A DNA stretch of 64,000 nt from Eledone cirrhosa (lineage: Eukaryota). A program made the position numbers and the translations under genes. Positions 12,080 through 24,608 of this stretch are shown here, piece by piece (within the stretch, counting starts at the first letter, position 1; every line of letters begins with the position of its first letter). Below the pieces are notes generated by a model. That model was not told where the DNA came from. It saw nothing but the letters and a program-made list of their open reading frames with translations, and did no database searches. The stretch spans positions 68,324,001 to 68,388,000 of the forward strand of contig OZ024744.1 of assembly GCA_964016885.1 (NCBI GenBank). Direction: 5' to 3'.

Positions 12080-12276
12080 TTTTTTTTCAAAGAAATTTTT
12101 TGATAATAATAAAAGTTTAAATTTTGGGCACAATTTGGGTGTCCTTTTCGGAAAACAATGTATGTGTGCTTATAAACAGTTAACAATAAAATTTTCCATA
12201 AATGGCAATTTTTAACAAACGGAAATAACAATCCTTTGCGGAGCTCACGATGATACGATTTACTACGTAGGTCGCC

Positions 12277-12314
<38 letters not shown>

Positions 12315-12330
12315 TAATAATAATAATAAT
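12277..12330 (+). repeat. (TAA)n tract 3
   Basis: AAT repeats between Tx1 copy 1 5' end and Tx1 copy 2 3' end. Confidence 0.97.
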
Positions 12331-14373
12331 GATTTCTTTATTAATCACAAGGGTTTACATAAAGTAGACATTAAGGACAGCGCAGGACAATGCAGGACGG
12401 TACAAATGGGCATTTCTGCGTGTAAAAAACAAAAACAGAGGATGTAACAAAAAATAACAATGAAAAATTCCCCAATAGGGGGGAGACTTCGGAGGGACAT
12501 TTGTGGAGAAAACCCAGTAAAAGCCACAATGACCCTGACCACCAAGGCAAGTGCCCTCTCCCAGTTTTCCACCTTTAATTTACAGATATATACTCAGAGT
12601 AGGCCCATTCACTCGGGCCATTCTTGCTTCTCTCACCCATCTTTCAACAAAATGCTGGGAAGAGAGCACTTCCCTCTCTACTCTGATTTTCCTTTTCAAA
12701 TGAAATTTGAAAAAGTCAATCAGAGCATCACCGAAGAGGTAAGTGCTCGTCTTCAGCCCTTTCAAACGTGTCCACCATACTATCTCTTTCGCCATGGCCA
12801 CCAGACAGATAAAAACTGCCTGCCCTTCCCGGCTAAAGGAGGAGGGCGGGGCAATCCTCACGATCGACTCAGATGATAACCGGATCCGTCCTAAACGCGA
12901 CAGCTGGTGTTCGACATAAACCCACAAGTCAGCAATTTTCGGACACTGGACGAGTGCGTGCAGGACAGTTTTGTCGCCCTGTGCGCATCTCGGACATACC
13001 CGGCTGACGGCACCTCCTGCAGAAGGCCCTGAGGTGAGTCTTCGATCCACAGCGAAAGCATTTCGGGCGTTTGCCCTCAACACTTATGGGCAGTTGAGTG
13101 CTGTTATCGAAGTCTATCACATCCGGGATAGCTTCGATGCACTCCTGGTTGGTTTGGATTAGCATCTCAATGGAGGTGCCGACCCAATCTTCTCTTACTT
13201 TTTTCTGTACTTGCAGTACAGTTGTTTTGTCCTCGATTCCGACGAGGACAGACGCGGCCAGCCAAGAAGGGGCCATTCCGGGGGGGGACGTGGGTCAGTT
13301 TGACCCTCACAATTTTTTGCCCGCAGTAGGAGGGCACCAACACCATTTCCTCGCTCCTTAGGGTCACTACGGATTGGGCCTTTGCCTCCTGGGGTGTGGC
13401 AAAAAGTACGTCTACGGTGGCATATTTTTTGCCTCGGGTGATGTGCGTTTTCCGCTGCCACACAGACCCCAAGGCTTTTTGTATTTGGGCCTCTGTGGCT
13501 CTTTCCACCCTACGGGATTTTGTACTTACTGTACGGTACGTGACCGTACAGTGCTGTTGGGTTTCGAAAAAATTTTCCGCTGCCTTGCAGATTGCTCGGT
13601 GTCCATTCTTTGTCACCATCTTCTTCGCTTCCTCTAATTCCTCATTTGTTATGAGGATTGTTTCCAAGTTTTTCGCAATACCTGCAAATGAGATTGGTTT
13701 TTCTTTGCTGCTGTTGTTGTTGTTGTCGTCAGAGCTGCTGTTACTTTTGTCGTTGCTGCAGGTACTACGACTACTGCCTTCGCCGCTGTTGCTGTGGTTG
13801 TTGTTGTTGGTGTTGCTGGTGATGCTGTTGCGGCTGCTACTGTTGTTTTCATTGTTACTGTTGCTGTTGTTATTACGGCTGCTACTGCTATTATTCCTGA
13901 CGTCAGACGAATGAACTGGGTTTTCGTATTTCCCGCACACCTGTTTCGTCGCTGTCGTCGTCGTCGTGGAGAAACCTTGCATGCTTTGCACGAGACTTTT
14001 CTTTTCTTTCGTCACTTGCGAAAGAGAAGGGAGGGAGAGAGACACATTTAAAGAAGGGAGGGAGAGAGAGACGATCTTCTCTCTGCTGTAGTGACGATTG
14101 AGGAAGAAGAAGACGGAATGAGTGGGAGTGACCTATCCAAATTCTTTTTCGTAGCCATGTTGTTTTTTTTGTTTAAAATAAATATTGGGTACAAACCCCC
14201 AATAAGCAGTTATTTAACCCGAAGGGCCAAATAACGGGCAGAAAGACCCCTCTCACGAGGAGGAGGGTGTTTTTGTCTACAAGTTGGTCTAAGTTTTAAA
14301 CAATTTACAATTGTTAAAGCGTTCAAAATTTACAGTACCTTACAGAGCCGAGCCTCCGTCAACCATAGCATTC
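12331..14373 (-). mobile_element. Internally deleted Tx1 LINE, copy 2
   Basis: 5' UTR and ORF1 up to CFRCGSKTHLRAFC joined at ~13017 to the ORF2 C-terminus (GGAVSRVCPRC) and the same 3' UTR as copies 1 and 3. Confidence 0.9.
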
Positions 14374-14399
14374 AATAATAATAATAATAATAATAATAA
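14374..14399 (+). repeat. (TAA)n tract 4
   Basis: AAT repeats between divergent Tx1 copy 2 and Dong-A copy 2. Confidence 0.96.
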
Positions 14400-17182
14400 A
14401 GTATAGTATAAAAAGTATAGTATGCAAAGAAAGTATAGTATAAAATCAACAAGTGACATAGACATGCTGATAGAAATAATCAAGCAAAAAGTGTCGGCCA
14501 AAGCTGCTCGTATAAGGCGCTTTGAAAAACGATCTAGATTCTATAAGGACAATAATATGTTCAAAAACAACCAAAGAAACTTCTACAGAAAAATTGGTAA
14601 GTCAACAATAACTGCTAAATGAATACCACCAAAGGGGGAAGTGCAAGAATTCTGGGAAAAGATCTGGGCCGAAGAAAATGTTCATAACATACATGCCCCA
14701 TGGATAGACAGACAAATGAAAGATACAGCTCACCTTGAGGAACAAATATGGGAAAACATAACAGTTGAACAGTTGTGCTTGGCTCTAAGAAAAACCAGCA
14801 AATGGAAATCCCCAGGAAAAGACAAAATACAAAATTTTTGGATAAATGCCTTCACAGAGTCTCATGAGCTGTTAGCCCAACTTTACAATGAAATAGTTAA
14901 GGAGCCAGAAAAGATACCATCATGGCTAGATAACGGCATTACATACCTGCTTCCGAAGAATGATGAGACAAACAATCCCAAAAATTACAGACCGATAACT
15001 TGCTTGACCACAATGTATAAAATTTTAACATCAGTCCTAACTGAATACACATATGACCACCTGATAGTAAATGACATATTTCCCATTGAGCAGAAAGGGT
15101 GTAAACGAGGCTCATATGGCTGTAAGGATCAGCTTTTGGTTAACAAAATGATACTGGAAGATTGTCATAATAGACACAAAAATCTATCAATTGCTTGGAT
15201 AGATTATAAAAAAGCATTCGATAGTTTGCCACACAGTTGGATTGAAAATTGTTTAGAGATTTTCAAAATATCCCCCGTTGTCAGGAGGTTTTTGTCATTC
15301 AGTATGAAGACATGTAAAACGACACTCTTTTTGAATAGTGAAACAAAATCACTGGAAGCTGGAGAAGTTAATATTAATTGTGGGATTTTTCAGGGTGACT
15401 CTTTATCACCGCTTTTATTCTGCATCGCACTTATACCATTAAGTAAAATGCTCAATGAAACAAAACATGGATATAGAGTCTATGACAAAACCATTAATCA
15501 CTTGTTCTACATGGATGACCTGAAACTATTTGCAAAAAATGATGAACAATTGCAAGAGCTATTATCCACTGTGGAGCAGTTCAGTGATGACATTAAAATG
15601 GAGTTTAGACTAGATAAATGCGCCAAAGCAACGTTCACCAGAGGAAAGCTGCTGAAGAGTTCAGACATTAATCTTGATCGGGGGAACGTGATAAGAGAAC
15701 TTGATCAAGAAAAAACTTACAAATATCTAGTGTTTGTGAAGGAGACGGAATCAAGCACTCGACAATGAGGGAAAGGATAAGGAAGGAATGTTACCGCAGA
15801 GTAAGAGCAATCTTAAGAACGGAATTGAATGCAGGGAATAGGATCGATGCCATAAACACGCTTGCCATACCAGTAGTAACCTACAGTTACAATGTCATCA
15901 ACTGGTCAAGCATAGAGATCCGTAGGCTCGATATAAAATTCTTAACCATGCCCAGAATGCATCACCCTAAGGGAGATATAGATAGAATATATCTCCCTAG
16001 GAAAGAAGGAGGACGTGGGTTAGTCCAGTTAGACATTGCGTTGAAAACTGCAACAATTGGATTATCTACATATCTAAGGGAATCACATGATTGGATGATC
16101 AAACTCGTTTTGAAACACGAAAGCATCAAAAGATCATATTCCATTACAAAAGATGCACAAAGATACAGTAATGGACTACACATTTCAGAAGTCCCATTTA
16201 CTGCTGAAATGGAAAACACAGAAAAAGCAAAGCAGGTAAAAGTAACTGCAAAGAAAGAACTGCTACAGAAACTGGCTAAGAAATGGCAAGAAAAGCCTCT
16301 GTATGGAAAATACCCAGAACGAGCTAACAATCCTGATGTTGACAAAACTTTAACCCATCAGTGGTTGGCATCCTCTGGACTGAAATCGGAGACTGAAGGA
16401 CTGATTATATCAGCACAAGATCAGTGTCTGCCAACAAAAAATTACCAAGCCAACAATAAAAAATGGATGCAGCCCATTATGCCGTGTATGCAAAAAACAA
16501 TCAGAGACCATTGACCATATAATTTCAATGTGCAGTCCTATAGCTCCAACCGAATACCGAAACAGGCATGACAGAGCTGCACAATACATACATTGGATAA
16601 TGTGTAAGCATTTTGACCTGCCACATCAAAAGAATTGGTGGGAGCATCAACCACCTCCCATACTTGAAAAAGATCACATCTCAATCTTGTGGAACTTTAG
16701 CATCCAAACAGACCTGATGCAAATAGACCTGATATAATATTGAAGGACTTTAAAAAGAGGGTATGCCTGCTAATTGATATGTCCGTTCCAATAGACAAGA
16801 ATGTATCTATAAAAACATGTTAAAAGTTGAGCAAGTATAAGGACCTGGAGATAGAAATTGGAAAAATGTGGAAATTGAGAACTAAAACAATACCAGTGGT
16901 TGTAGGCGCTCTAGGAATGATACCTAAGGGGTCTAATGATTACTTATCGCAAATCCCAGGAAACCCGCGTATAGGAAAAATACAAACGATAGTACTAATG
17001 GGAACTGCCCATATACTAAGGAAGATTCTGTCAATATAAGTACATCACAAGTCTAAAAACTAAAGATGCGTGTGTGAGTATGTATGTTCTTCCTTGAACA
17101 TGGCGGACCTTGTTGTCTCTTGAGGTCACTGGTTGTGACTTGGTGATAACTCGTATGAACATAAAGCAAGATAAATGCAGCT

Positions 17183-17183
<1 letters not shown>
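14400..17183 (+). mobile_element. R4/Dong family A copy 2, 5'-truncated and frameshifted
   Basis: RT motifs YRPITCL, QKGC, GIFQGDSLSP, YMDD; 15710-17180 nearly identical to 1-1489; several indels and stops. Confidence 0.92.

Positions 17184-17220
<37 letters not shown>
17184..17220 (+). repeat. (TAA)n tract 5
   Basis: AAT repeats between convergent Dong-A2 and Tx1 copy 3. Confidence 0.97.
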
Positions 17221-17221
<1 letters not shown>

Positions 17222-20200
17222 TTTTCTTTATTAACCACAAGGGTTTACATAAAGTAGACATTAAGGACAGTGAAGGACAATACAGGACGGTACAAATGGG
17301 CATTTCTGCGTGTAAAAAACAAAAACAGAGGATGTAACAAAAAATAACAATGAAAAATTCCCCAATAGGGGGGAGACTTCGGAGGGACATTTGTGGAGAA
17401 AGCCCAGTAAAAAACCACAATGACCCTGACCACCAAGGCAAGTGCCCTCTCCCAGTTTTCCACCTTTAATTTACAGATATATACTCAGAGTAGGCCCATT
17501 CACTCGGGCCATTCTTGCTTCTCTCACCCATCTTTCAACAAAATGCTGGGAAGAGAGCACCTCCCTCTCTACCCTGATTTTCCTTTTCAAATGAAATTTG
17601 AAAAAGTCAATCAGGGCATCACCGAAGAGGTAAGTGCTCGTCTTCAGCCCTTTCAAACGTGTCCACCATACTATCTCTTTCGCCATGGCCACCAGACAGA
17701 TAAAAACTGCCTGCCCTTCCCGGCTAAAGGAGGAGGGCGGGGCAATCCTCACGATGGACTCAGATGATAGTCGGATCTGTCCTAAACGCGACAGCAGGTG
17801 TTCGACTTAAACGTACAAGTCAGCAATTTTCGGACACTGGACGAGTGCGTGCAGGACGGTTTCGTCGCCCTGCGCGCATCTCGGACATGCCCGGCTGACG
17901 GCACCTCCATGCCTGTAGAGTTTATCCTGCCAGGCCAGAGATTTCTGGAAGTTGTCCATAGGTCCCGGCCCGAAAGTTCTTCCGAAGAGATTGGCTAGTT
18001 GATTTTCGTCGACGCCTGGAGTTTCCCTAAGTACGTCGTCGCTCTTCCCCTCCACTAATCCTCTATAGAACGCCGAGGTGGAGTTTCCACCGATCACATT
18101 GCCCGATTGGTCGAGGGCTGTGAGCGCCTGAAGACATTCCAGTCTCCAGGCGCTCCCTCTCGGTCTTTGCTTGACCCAGGACTGCAGCTCCGTCAAGGAA
18201 ACTGGCTGGGGAAATACGTGTCTAGAAAACGGCGACCACACCTGATCACCGTCGAGGAAGAGGTGGAGTTGTCGTAGCCTGAGCGCGTGTCTGCGCATCA
18301 TCAGCCACGGCACGCCCAGCCCTCCACGTAGCGGGTGTTGACAGCAGATGGACCGCCTGACCATCGGAGCGCGTTCCTTCCACAAAAAGCGAAAGAGGAG
18401 ACGAGCTGTGGGAAAACGTGCCTGGCGAACGGCGACCACACCCGTTGACCATCAAGGAAGCACCAGAGATGTCGCAGCCTCAGCGCATGTTTGCGCACCA
18501 TCAGCCATGGCATGCCCAGTCCTCCACGCAACGGGTGTTGACAGCAGATGGATCGTCTGACCACGGAAGCGCGTCCCTTCCACAAAAAGCGGAAGAGGAG
18601 GCGCTCCATTTTGGTGAGAGTTGGGATGGAGCAAGGGACGACGGTGATGAGGTAGCAGATGACGGATGCGATGTACGCATTCCCCACCTCCGCCCGGCCT
18701 TTCAGGGACAGCTTCCTCTCAGCCCATTTCTGGGTCAGGGAGGCCACCCTGCTCGTCACCTCGTTCCAGATTTTCTCCATCTGGAGATCCGGTCCGAACC
18801 AGATCCCGAGCAATTTAACCGGTCCGTCTGTCCAAAGCCCCACGACGCTGCCGGACGGCATGGACTTGCCTCTCCAGGTGCCGAGCTGCAAGCCCACCGA
18901 CTTTTCCTGGTTTATCTTTGTTCCTGTCACCACTTCGTATTCTTTGAGAGCGGTGCTGAGCATCTGGACGTGTCTAGTGCTCGACACCACCACGGTGACT
19001 TCGTCAGCGTAAGCCGACTCGGATTTCCCGCATCCTAGTTCGCGTGGAACGCCTCTCATCGCCCCCAGTTTGTGCAGTAACGGCTCGAGAGTCAATACGT
19101 ACAAGAGGTACGAGAGGGGACAACCCTGGCGGACTGAGCGCATGATGCTGAACGGCTGCGACAGGTGACCATTCACTCTCATAACTGAGCGGATGTGGCT
19201 GTACATTGCTGCGATCCAACCCCTGAAAACGGGCCCGAAACCGGCTGCCTCAAGGACCGTCGCCAGGTACCGATGGTCGCCCCTATCGAATGTTTGGATT
19301 GATCCAAGTTGATCAGGGCCCCACCCGTGCCAGGTTCCTTAACCAGCCTCTCTATGATGTATCGCATGAGGTGGAGGTTGTCGTGTATGGATCTGTCCGG
19401 AATGGCGCATGTATGCGCCTCTCCCACCAGACCCTTGACGACAAGCGCCAACCTCGTTGCTAACACCTTGGCCAAAATCTTGAACTCTGCGTTTAGCAGG
19501 GTTATGGGCCTGAAATTTATCGATAACATCCCGCTTGTTCGGGTCTTTTCTCAGCAGCGCCACTGCTCCCCGGCTCACAAAACTGGGAATGCTCCCGTTT
19601 TTCTGCCAGTTGCAGTAGACGTCTGCCAAGAGGTCACCGAACAAGTCTGGCATAAATGCATAAAGCTCGTGGGGCAGACCATCTAAACCTGGCAATTTAC
19701 CCCTTGTGCAGTTAGCCATCGCTTCCCGTATTTCACCGGCTGTTATTGGCTTTTCGCAACACTGTGCTTCGGTCGTCGACAGCCGAGGCACTCCGTCGAG
19801 GTATGCACTGAAGTCCATGCCCGATCCGGGCCGCCGCCGCTCCCGAACAGTTCAGCAAAGTGCTGCTGAAAAGCTTCACACATCCGCTCGGATTCGAGCA
19901 TCACGCACCCGTTTTGGTCAGACAAAGACCGAATTGTGACTTTGTTGCCACGTCGCGCCTCTGCCACCCGGGCCCATTGGACGGCTTTTGTCCCCTCGTG
20001 CTTCAGAGCACGCGCTCTAGCTCTGACAACGCAGCCTTCGTGTTTTGCGTTGAAAAATTTGTCGAGTGCCAATCTCGCCGCAAGCACGTCGGTTGCGATG
20101 CCTGTCCTAAACGCCTCTTCTAACTTTCTAACTAGCTTTCCCTCTACTCAATTTTCTTCTATCACTAGTCCTTTGCTAAACCTAATCGACTCTACTTTAA

Positions 20201-23100
20201 TTTCCCTTTTCAGGGCGAACCACCACCTGCTGTTGACGACTGCTTCCGTCAATGCCCGCTTAACTAATACGCTAATCCGGTCTCTGTAGGCCTTGCGCGC
20301 CGGGAAAGACGCGTTCAGCTTCCAGTAACCAGGCCCTTGTCTATGAAGTCTCTCTATGTCGATCTCACAGATCACAAATTTGTGGTCTGTATAGTCGACT
20401 ATTTTAAATTGTGGACAACTTATACTAGCTTTATCTAGTTCTCTGCAGAATACCCTACCGAGATAGGATCTGGATGACCCGATGCGGTTTGTCCATGTCC
20501 ACATTGACACATTCGGGTGATCCAGTGGATGCCTGTCAGACAATTCAAAACGTCTGAGTAGGTTGGTGAGGCTCTTGCACCCTCCTCCCCTATCCACTAG
20601 CCCCACACGATCCCAGCGTGCATCCAACATACCATTCCAGTCGCCCACTAACACTAAAGAGCGGGATGTTCCAAGAGAGGTCTCTAGACGTCTAAAGAAA
20701 TCTGGCCGTCCCGTCCCTGTCCCTGTCGGGGCATAGAGAGCTACTAGCCTGAAAGCGTTGCCTTCGGTGCCGCCTACGTCCAGCACCACCGACTTACCTT
20801 CTGGGTCCAGGAAGATGGTCCGTATGGCGAGACCCAAGCCTTTTCGAAACAACATAGCCACTACGCCCCCGCTCCCGGACGGCTCGGAGATGCGTACACC
20901 TCGTAACCGTCGAAGATCGGTGCGAAGGCTTGCGTTTCGGAGATTCTCATCTCGCTGATGGCCACTACATCTATTTTTAGTGACCTGAGGTCGTTAAGCA
21001 AGTGACCCTGCTTCCAATCCGAGCTCAAGCCACGCACGTTTACCCTTCCGATTCTGAATACGGCCATGTTGGGTGAGGATCGGGGGAAGTGAGAAAGGAT
21101 CACTTACCTTGATCGTCTGGTGAAGGGACCATTCAATCGTCCCTTCAGCTGGTCGTCGGCTCTTCTGTGAGAATATCCGAATATACTCTCCGGTTGAGTG
21201 TCCCTCCTAGGTCTCTGAAACACCAACTGCGTTGGGGAATTTCATTTTAATGTTTGTGTATTGTTTTTGTGCTATTCTTACCTGTCTTATGTTCGTTGGT
21301 GTTTTGATTGGTGCTGGTATTATGTAGTCGTGCTGTAAAATGTCTGTGTGTTCAATTATGTAAGTCATTAGTTTCTTGTGTGTATTTATTGCTGTGCATT
21401 TCTTTTTCTGGGAGTGGGGTGTGGTTCTGCTATTTTCTTGTCGTTGTTGCTGGGTGTGTGTGTTTTGTTGTGTTTGCGATGTTGGTGCTTGTGCTTCTGT
21501 TTCCCTACAGAATACCCTATCTAAATATGATCTGGATGACCCGATGTGTTTGTCCATGTCCACATTGGTACATTCGGATAATCCCGTCTAAACCTGTCAG
21601 ACAGTTCACAACGTCTGAGCAGGTTGTTGAGGCTTCTATACCCTTCTGTCCTGTCTACTAGCCCCACATAATCCCAGCGTGCCTCCAAGATACCGTTCCA
21701 GTCGCCCACTAACACTAAAGAGCTGGACGTTCCAAGAAAGGTCTCTAGACGTCTAAAGAAATCTGGCCGTCCTGCCCCTGTTGGGACGTAGACGTCTACT
21801 AGCCTGAAAGCATTGCCTTCGCTGCCGGTCACGTCCAGCACCACCGACTTACCTTCTGGGTCCAGGAAGATGGCCCGTATGGCGAGATCCAAGCCTTTTC
21901 GAAAAAGCACTGCTACCCCTCCCCCCGATCCTGGACGGCTGGGAGATGCGTATACACCGTAGCCGCCGAGATCGGTGCGAAGGCTCGTGCTTCGGAGATT
22001 CTGGTCTCGCTGATGGCCACCACATCTATGTTTAGTGACCTTAGGTCGTTGAGCAGGTGCCCCTGCTTCCAAGATGACCCCAGGCCACGTACATTTATAC
22101 TGCCTATTCTAAGTACGGCCATGTTGGATGAGAAACGGGGCAAGTGAGAAAGGATCACTTACCTTGATCGTGTGGGGAGGGGACAGTAGAACCGTCCTCT
22201 CGGCTGGTCATGAGTGTCTCCAAGACGATATCTTTGTGGATTCTTTTGGAGAGTGACCCCCTGAAACCCCCAACTGCGTTGGGGAATTTTTGTTTTAATT
22301 GTTTGTAGTTTTCGAGTTCAATTTCTACAATGTTAATCTTTTTTGGTAATGTTCTTGGTGTTGGTGGTGTGTAGTAATTTACGTCTGAAATATCGGTGTC
22401 GTGTTTTATGTGTTACATTAGTCCTTGGTGTGCAATGTTTATGGCTGTGTACCTTTTGGGGGGAGGGTGGTTTTGTTGCTGTTGGATATGTGTGCTTTGT
22501 TGTGTTTGTGATGTTGGTGTTTTTGGTGATGCTTGTGGTGGTGATAGTGATTTTGGTGGTGTTGCTGCAAGTCTCCTTGCAGTCTTTATTCTTCTTTCTT
22601 TGCCTTCGCTCTTGGAGGGAGGAGCTGTGGTGTTTTTTCGTTTGTTTTTTGTTTTTTCTTGTTAACAACCGTTTTCCACTCCTCAGTCGCCTGATACTCA
22701 ATGTCCGACTGTGAGAGGTCGGGGAGGGGTATGAGTTCTACCCTCTCATTTGTCTTTGTTGTTGTTGGTGGTGGTGGTGGTTGTGGTGGTGGAGCTTGGT
22801 TTGCCGCTCCTGGCACATGGCACATGTGAAGCTAGTGCAACTGTTTCTGTTGCTGCAGCTGCCGTCACCGTTTTTGTTGTCCGTGGCTTTGGTGTGGTGC
22901 CACGGACGTTGTCTTCGTATTCTCTGTCGAAACTCCCGACTTTTTCGCTGACTGCTCTGTTTGTGATGGCAGCGGTTCCGGCGTTGGAAGGAGGGTAACC
23001 TTGCCCTTTGTTATTTTCTGTGGGATTGTTGTTATTCCATTCATGCTTCTTTCTATTGAGTTTAAACTTACATTCACTTACGCGTTGCTTCCTTAATCTG
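17221..23100 (-). mobile_element. Composite, decayed Tx1 LINE, copy 3 (5' boundary uncertain)
   Basis: Same 3' UTR; ORF2 in many frames; ORF2 segment duplicated (18230-18400 vs 18405-18600); APE start present twice (ATG 21067 and 22122), each preceded by ORF1 C-terminal sequence. Confidence 0.85.
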
Positions 23101-24421
23101 TCTGAGAATTGCATCTGTTCGGTGTGTCGATATTATTTTTGATTCAATGTTTTCTAGTGAACCTCCTTGGCATGTTGGGGGAGCACTGATAAGTTTTTCT
23201 CCATTTGGCATTCTCACCAATGCTCCTTTATCATTTCTCCTACACTGTGAACTGTCTTACTTACAAAGGTTGTGGTCCTATTACTACATTGTCCCGCTAT
23301 ACATCTTTATGTTTAACTGCAGACAACAATTTTTAAAAAATATACGTTCTGTTTATCAATGTTTTTATAAGTACTATAAATTGTTAAATGGTTAAAGATG
23401 ATTTATTAATTGTGGTACTTATGTGGTGGGTTAGGGTTAGGTTTGTTGTCTTCTTGTATCTTTATCTCCATGTTGGGTGGAGTGACGTGGGTACTAATTT
23501 CACATGTATACAGGAGAATGCCTCTGATATTGTGTGGGCTAGAATTCTTGTTGAAATGTCTCTAGTAGGAATGGTTTCTCACTTGATGGGATTAGTTTGT
23601 GTAGTGTTATTATATTTAAGGTTTCAGTTGAAAGTGGTGAATGTCTACATTTTTTCTTTTTGTCATACATGCCTAGACACATATACACACATGTCAAACA
23701 CAGAAGCTCGTAGAAGTAGCAGCTTAGAAATGCACACACATAGACAAAAACGCGCACGCATGCGCAGACCAAACACACACCTAAAAAAAACAAGATGGAG
23801 TAGATAGAACAAGATCAGAACAAAGGATTAGAGAGACAGAGAGGACAAGGATACTCATTGAGGTCATTAGTAATTAATTAAACAACCAGCCGGCTATTAA
23901 ACTCTCTCTGTCTCTCCCACTCTCTTCCTTCTTCCTCTCTTCCTCTCATCCTCACTTTCTTTCACTCTCTCTCTCTCACTTTCTCTCACCCTCTCTCTCA
24001 CTTTCTCTCCCCTTCTCTCTTTCTTTCCACTTATCTGTTTCTCTCATTCTCACTTTCTCTCACTCTCTCTTTCTCTCCTCTTTTTTCTCTCTCTCTCTCC
24101 CTCTCTCTCTCTCTCTCTTCTCTCTCTGTCTCATTATTATTTGTGTACCAAACAGAAAAAAACAGAAACTGAAAAAGAGAAAGAATATTTATTATAAAAG
24201 ATACAAGACCGTTTATATTCGATAGATATTGTAATTTTATTAACTGAAAGGTTTTATTCCCAACATTATTTAAACACATGTTTACTCGGGCAATGTGAAC
24301 TCATTAAGAAAACTATGTTTTTTTGTGGCAACATCCTTAAACATTTTACACACCTAAGTCGTTTGTCGCTCTATGTGTGTCGTATGCGGATCAATCTGTT
24401 TCCGACGCTGTTATTATTATT

Positions 24422-24608
24422 ATGGTGGATTAGCAGTATCGGTAGAGGGTTTAGCGCCATGCTTTGCAGCAAAGAGTTACGGCCCTTTATGGTATGAGTT
24501 CAAATCCCGCGGAGGTTAACTTTGCCTTTCATCCTTACGGGGTCGATAAAATAAAGTAACAGTAATGTACTGGATAATTGCTGGCCTTGTGCCAAAAGTA
24601 GAAACAAT
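24422..24608 (+). mobile_element. tRNA-derived SINE with Nin-like core
   Basis: B-box GAGTTCAAATCCC, core GCCTTTCATCCTTACGGGGTCGATAAAATAAAG; several further copies in the window. Confidence 0.75.

Larger units (their letters stand above)
6446..12276 (-). mobile_element. Full-length Tx1-group (L1 clade) LINE, copy 1
   Basis: 5' UTR, ORF1 with CCHC, ORF2 APE-RT-Cys-rich tail, 3' UTR with AATAAA just before (ATT)n; (TAA)n tract on both sides. Confidence 0.92.
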
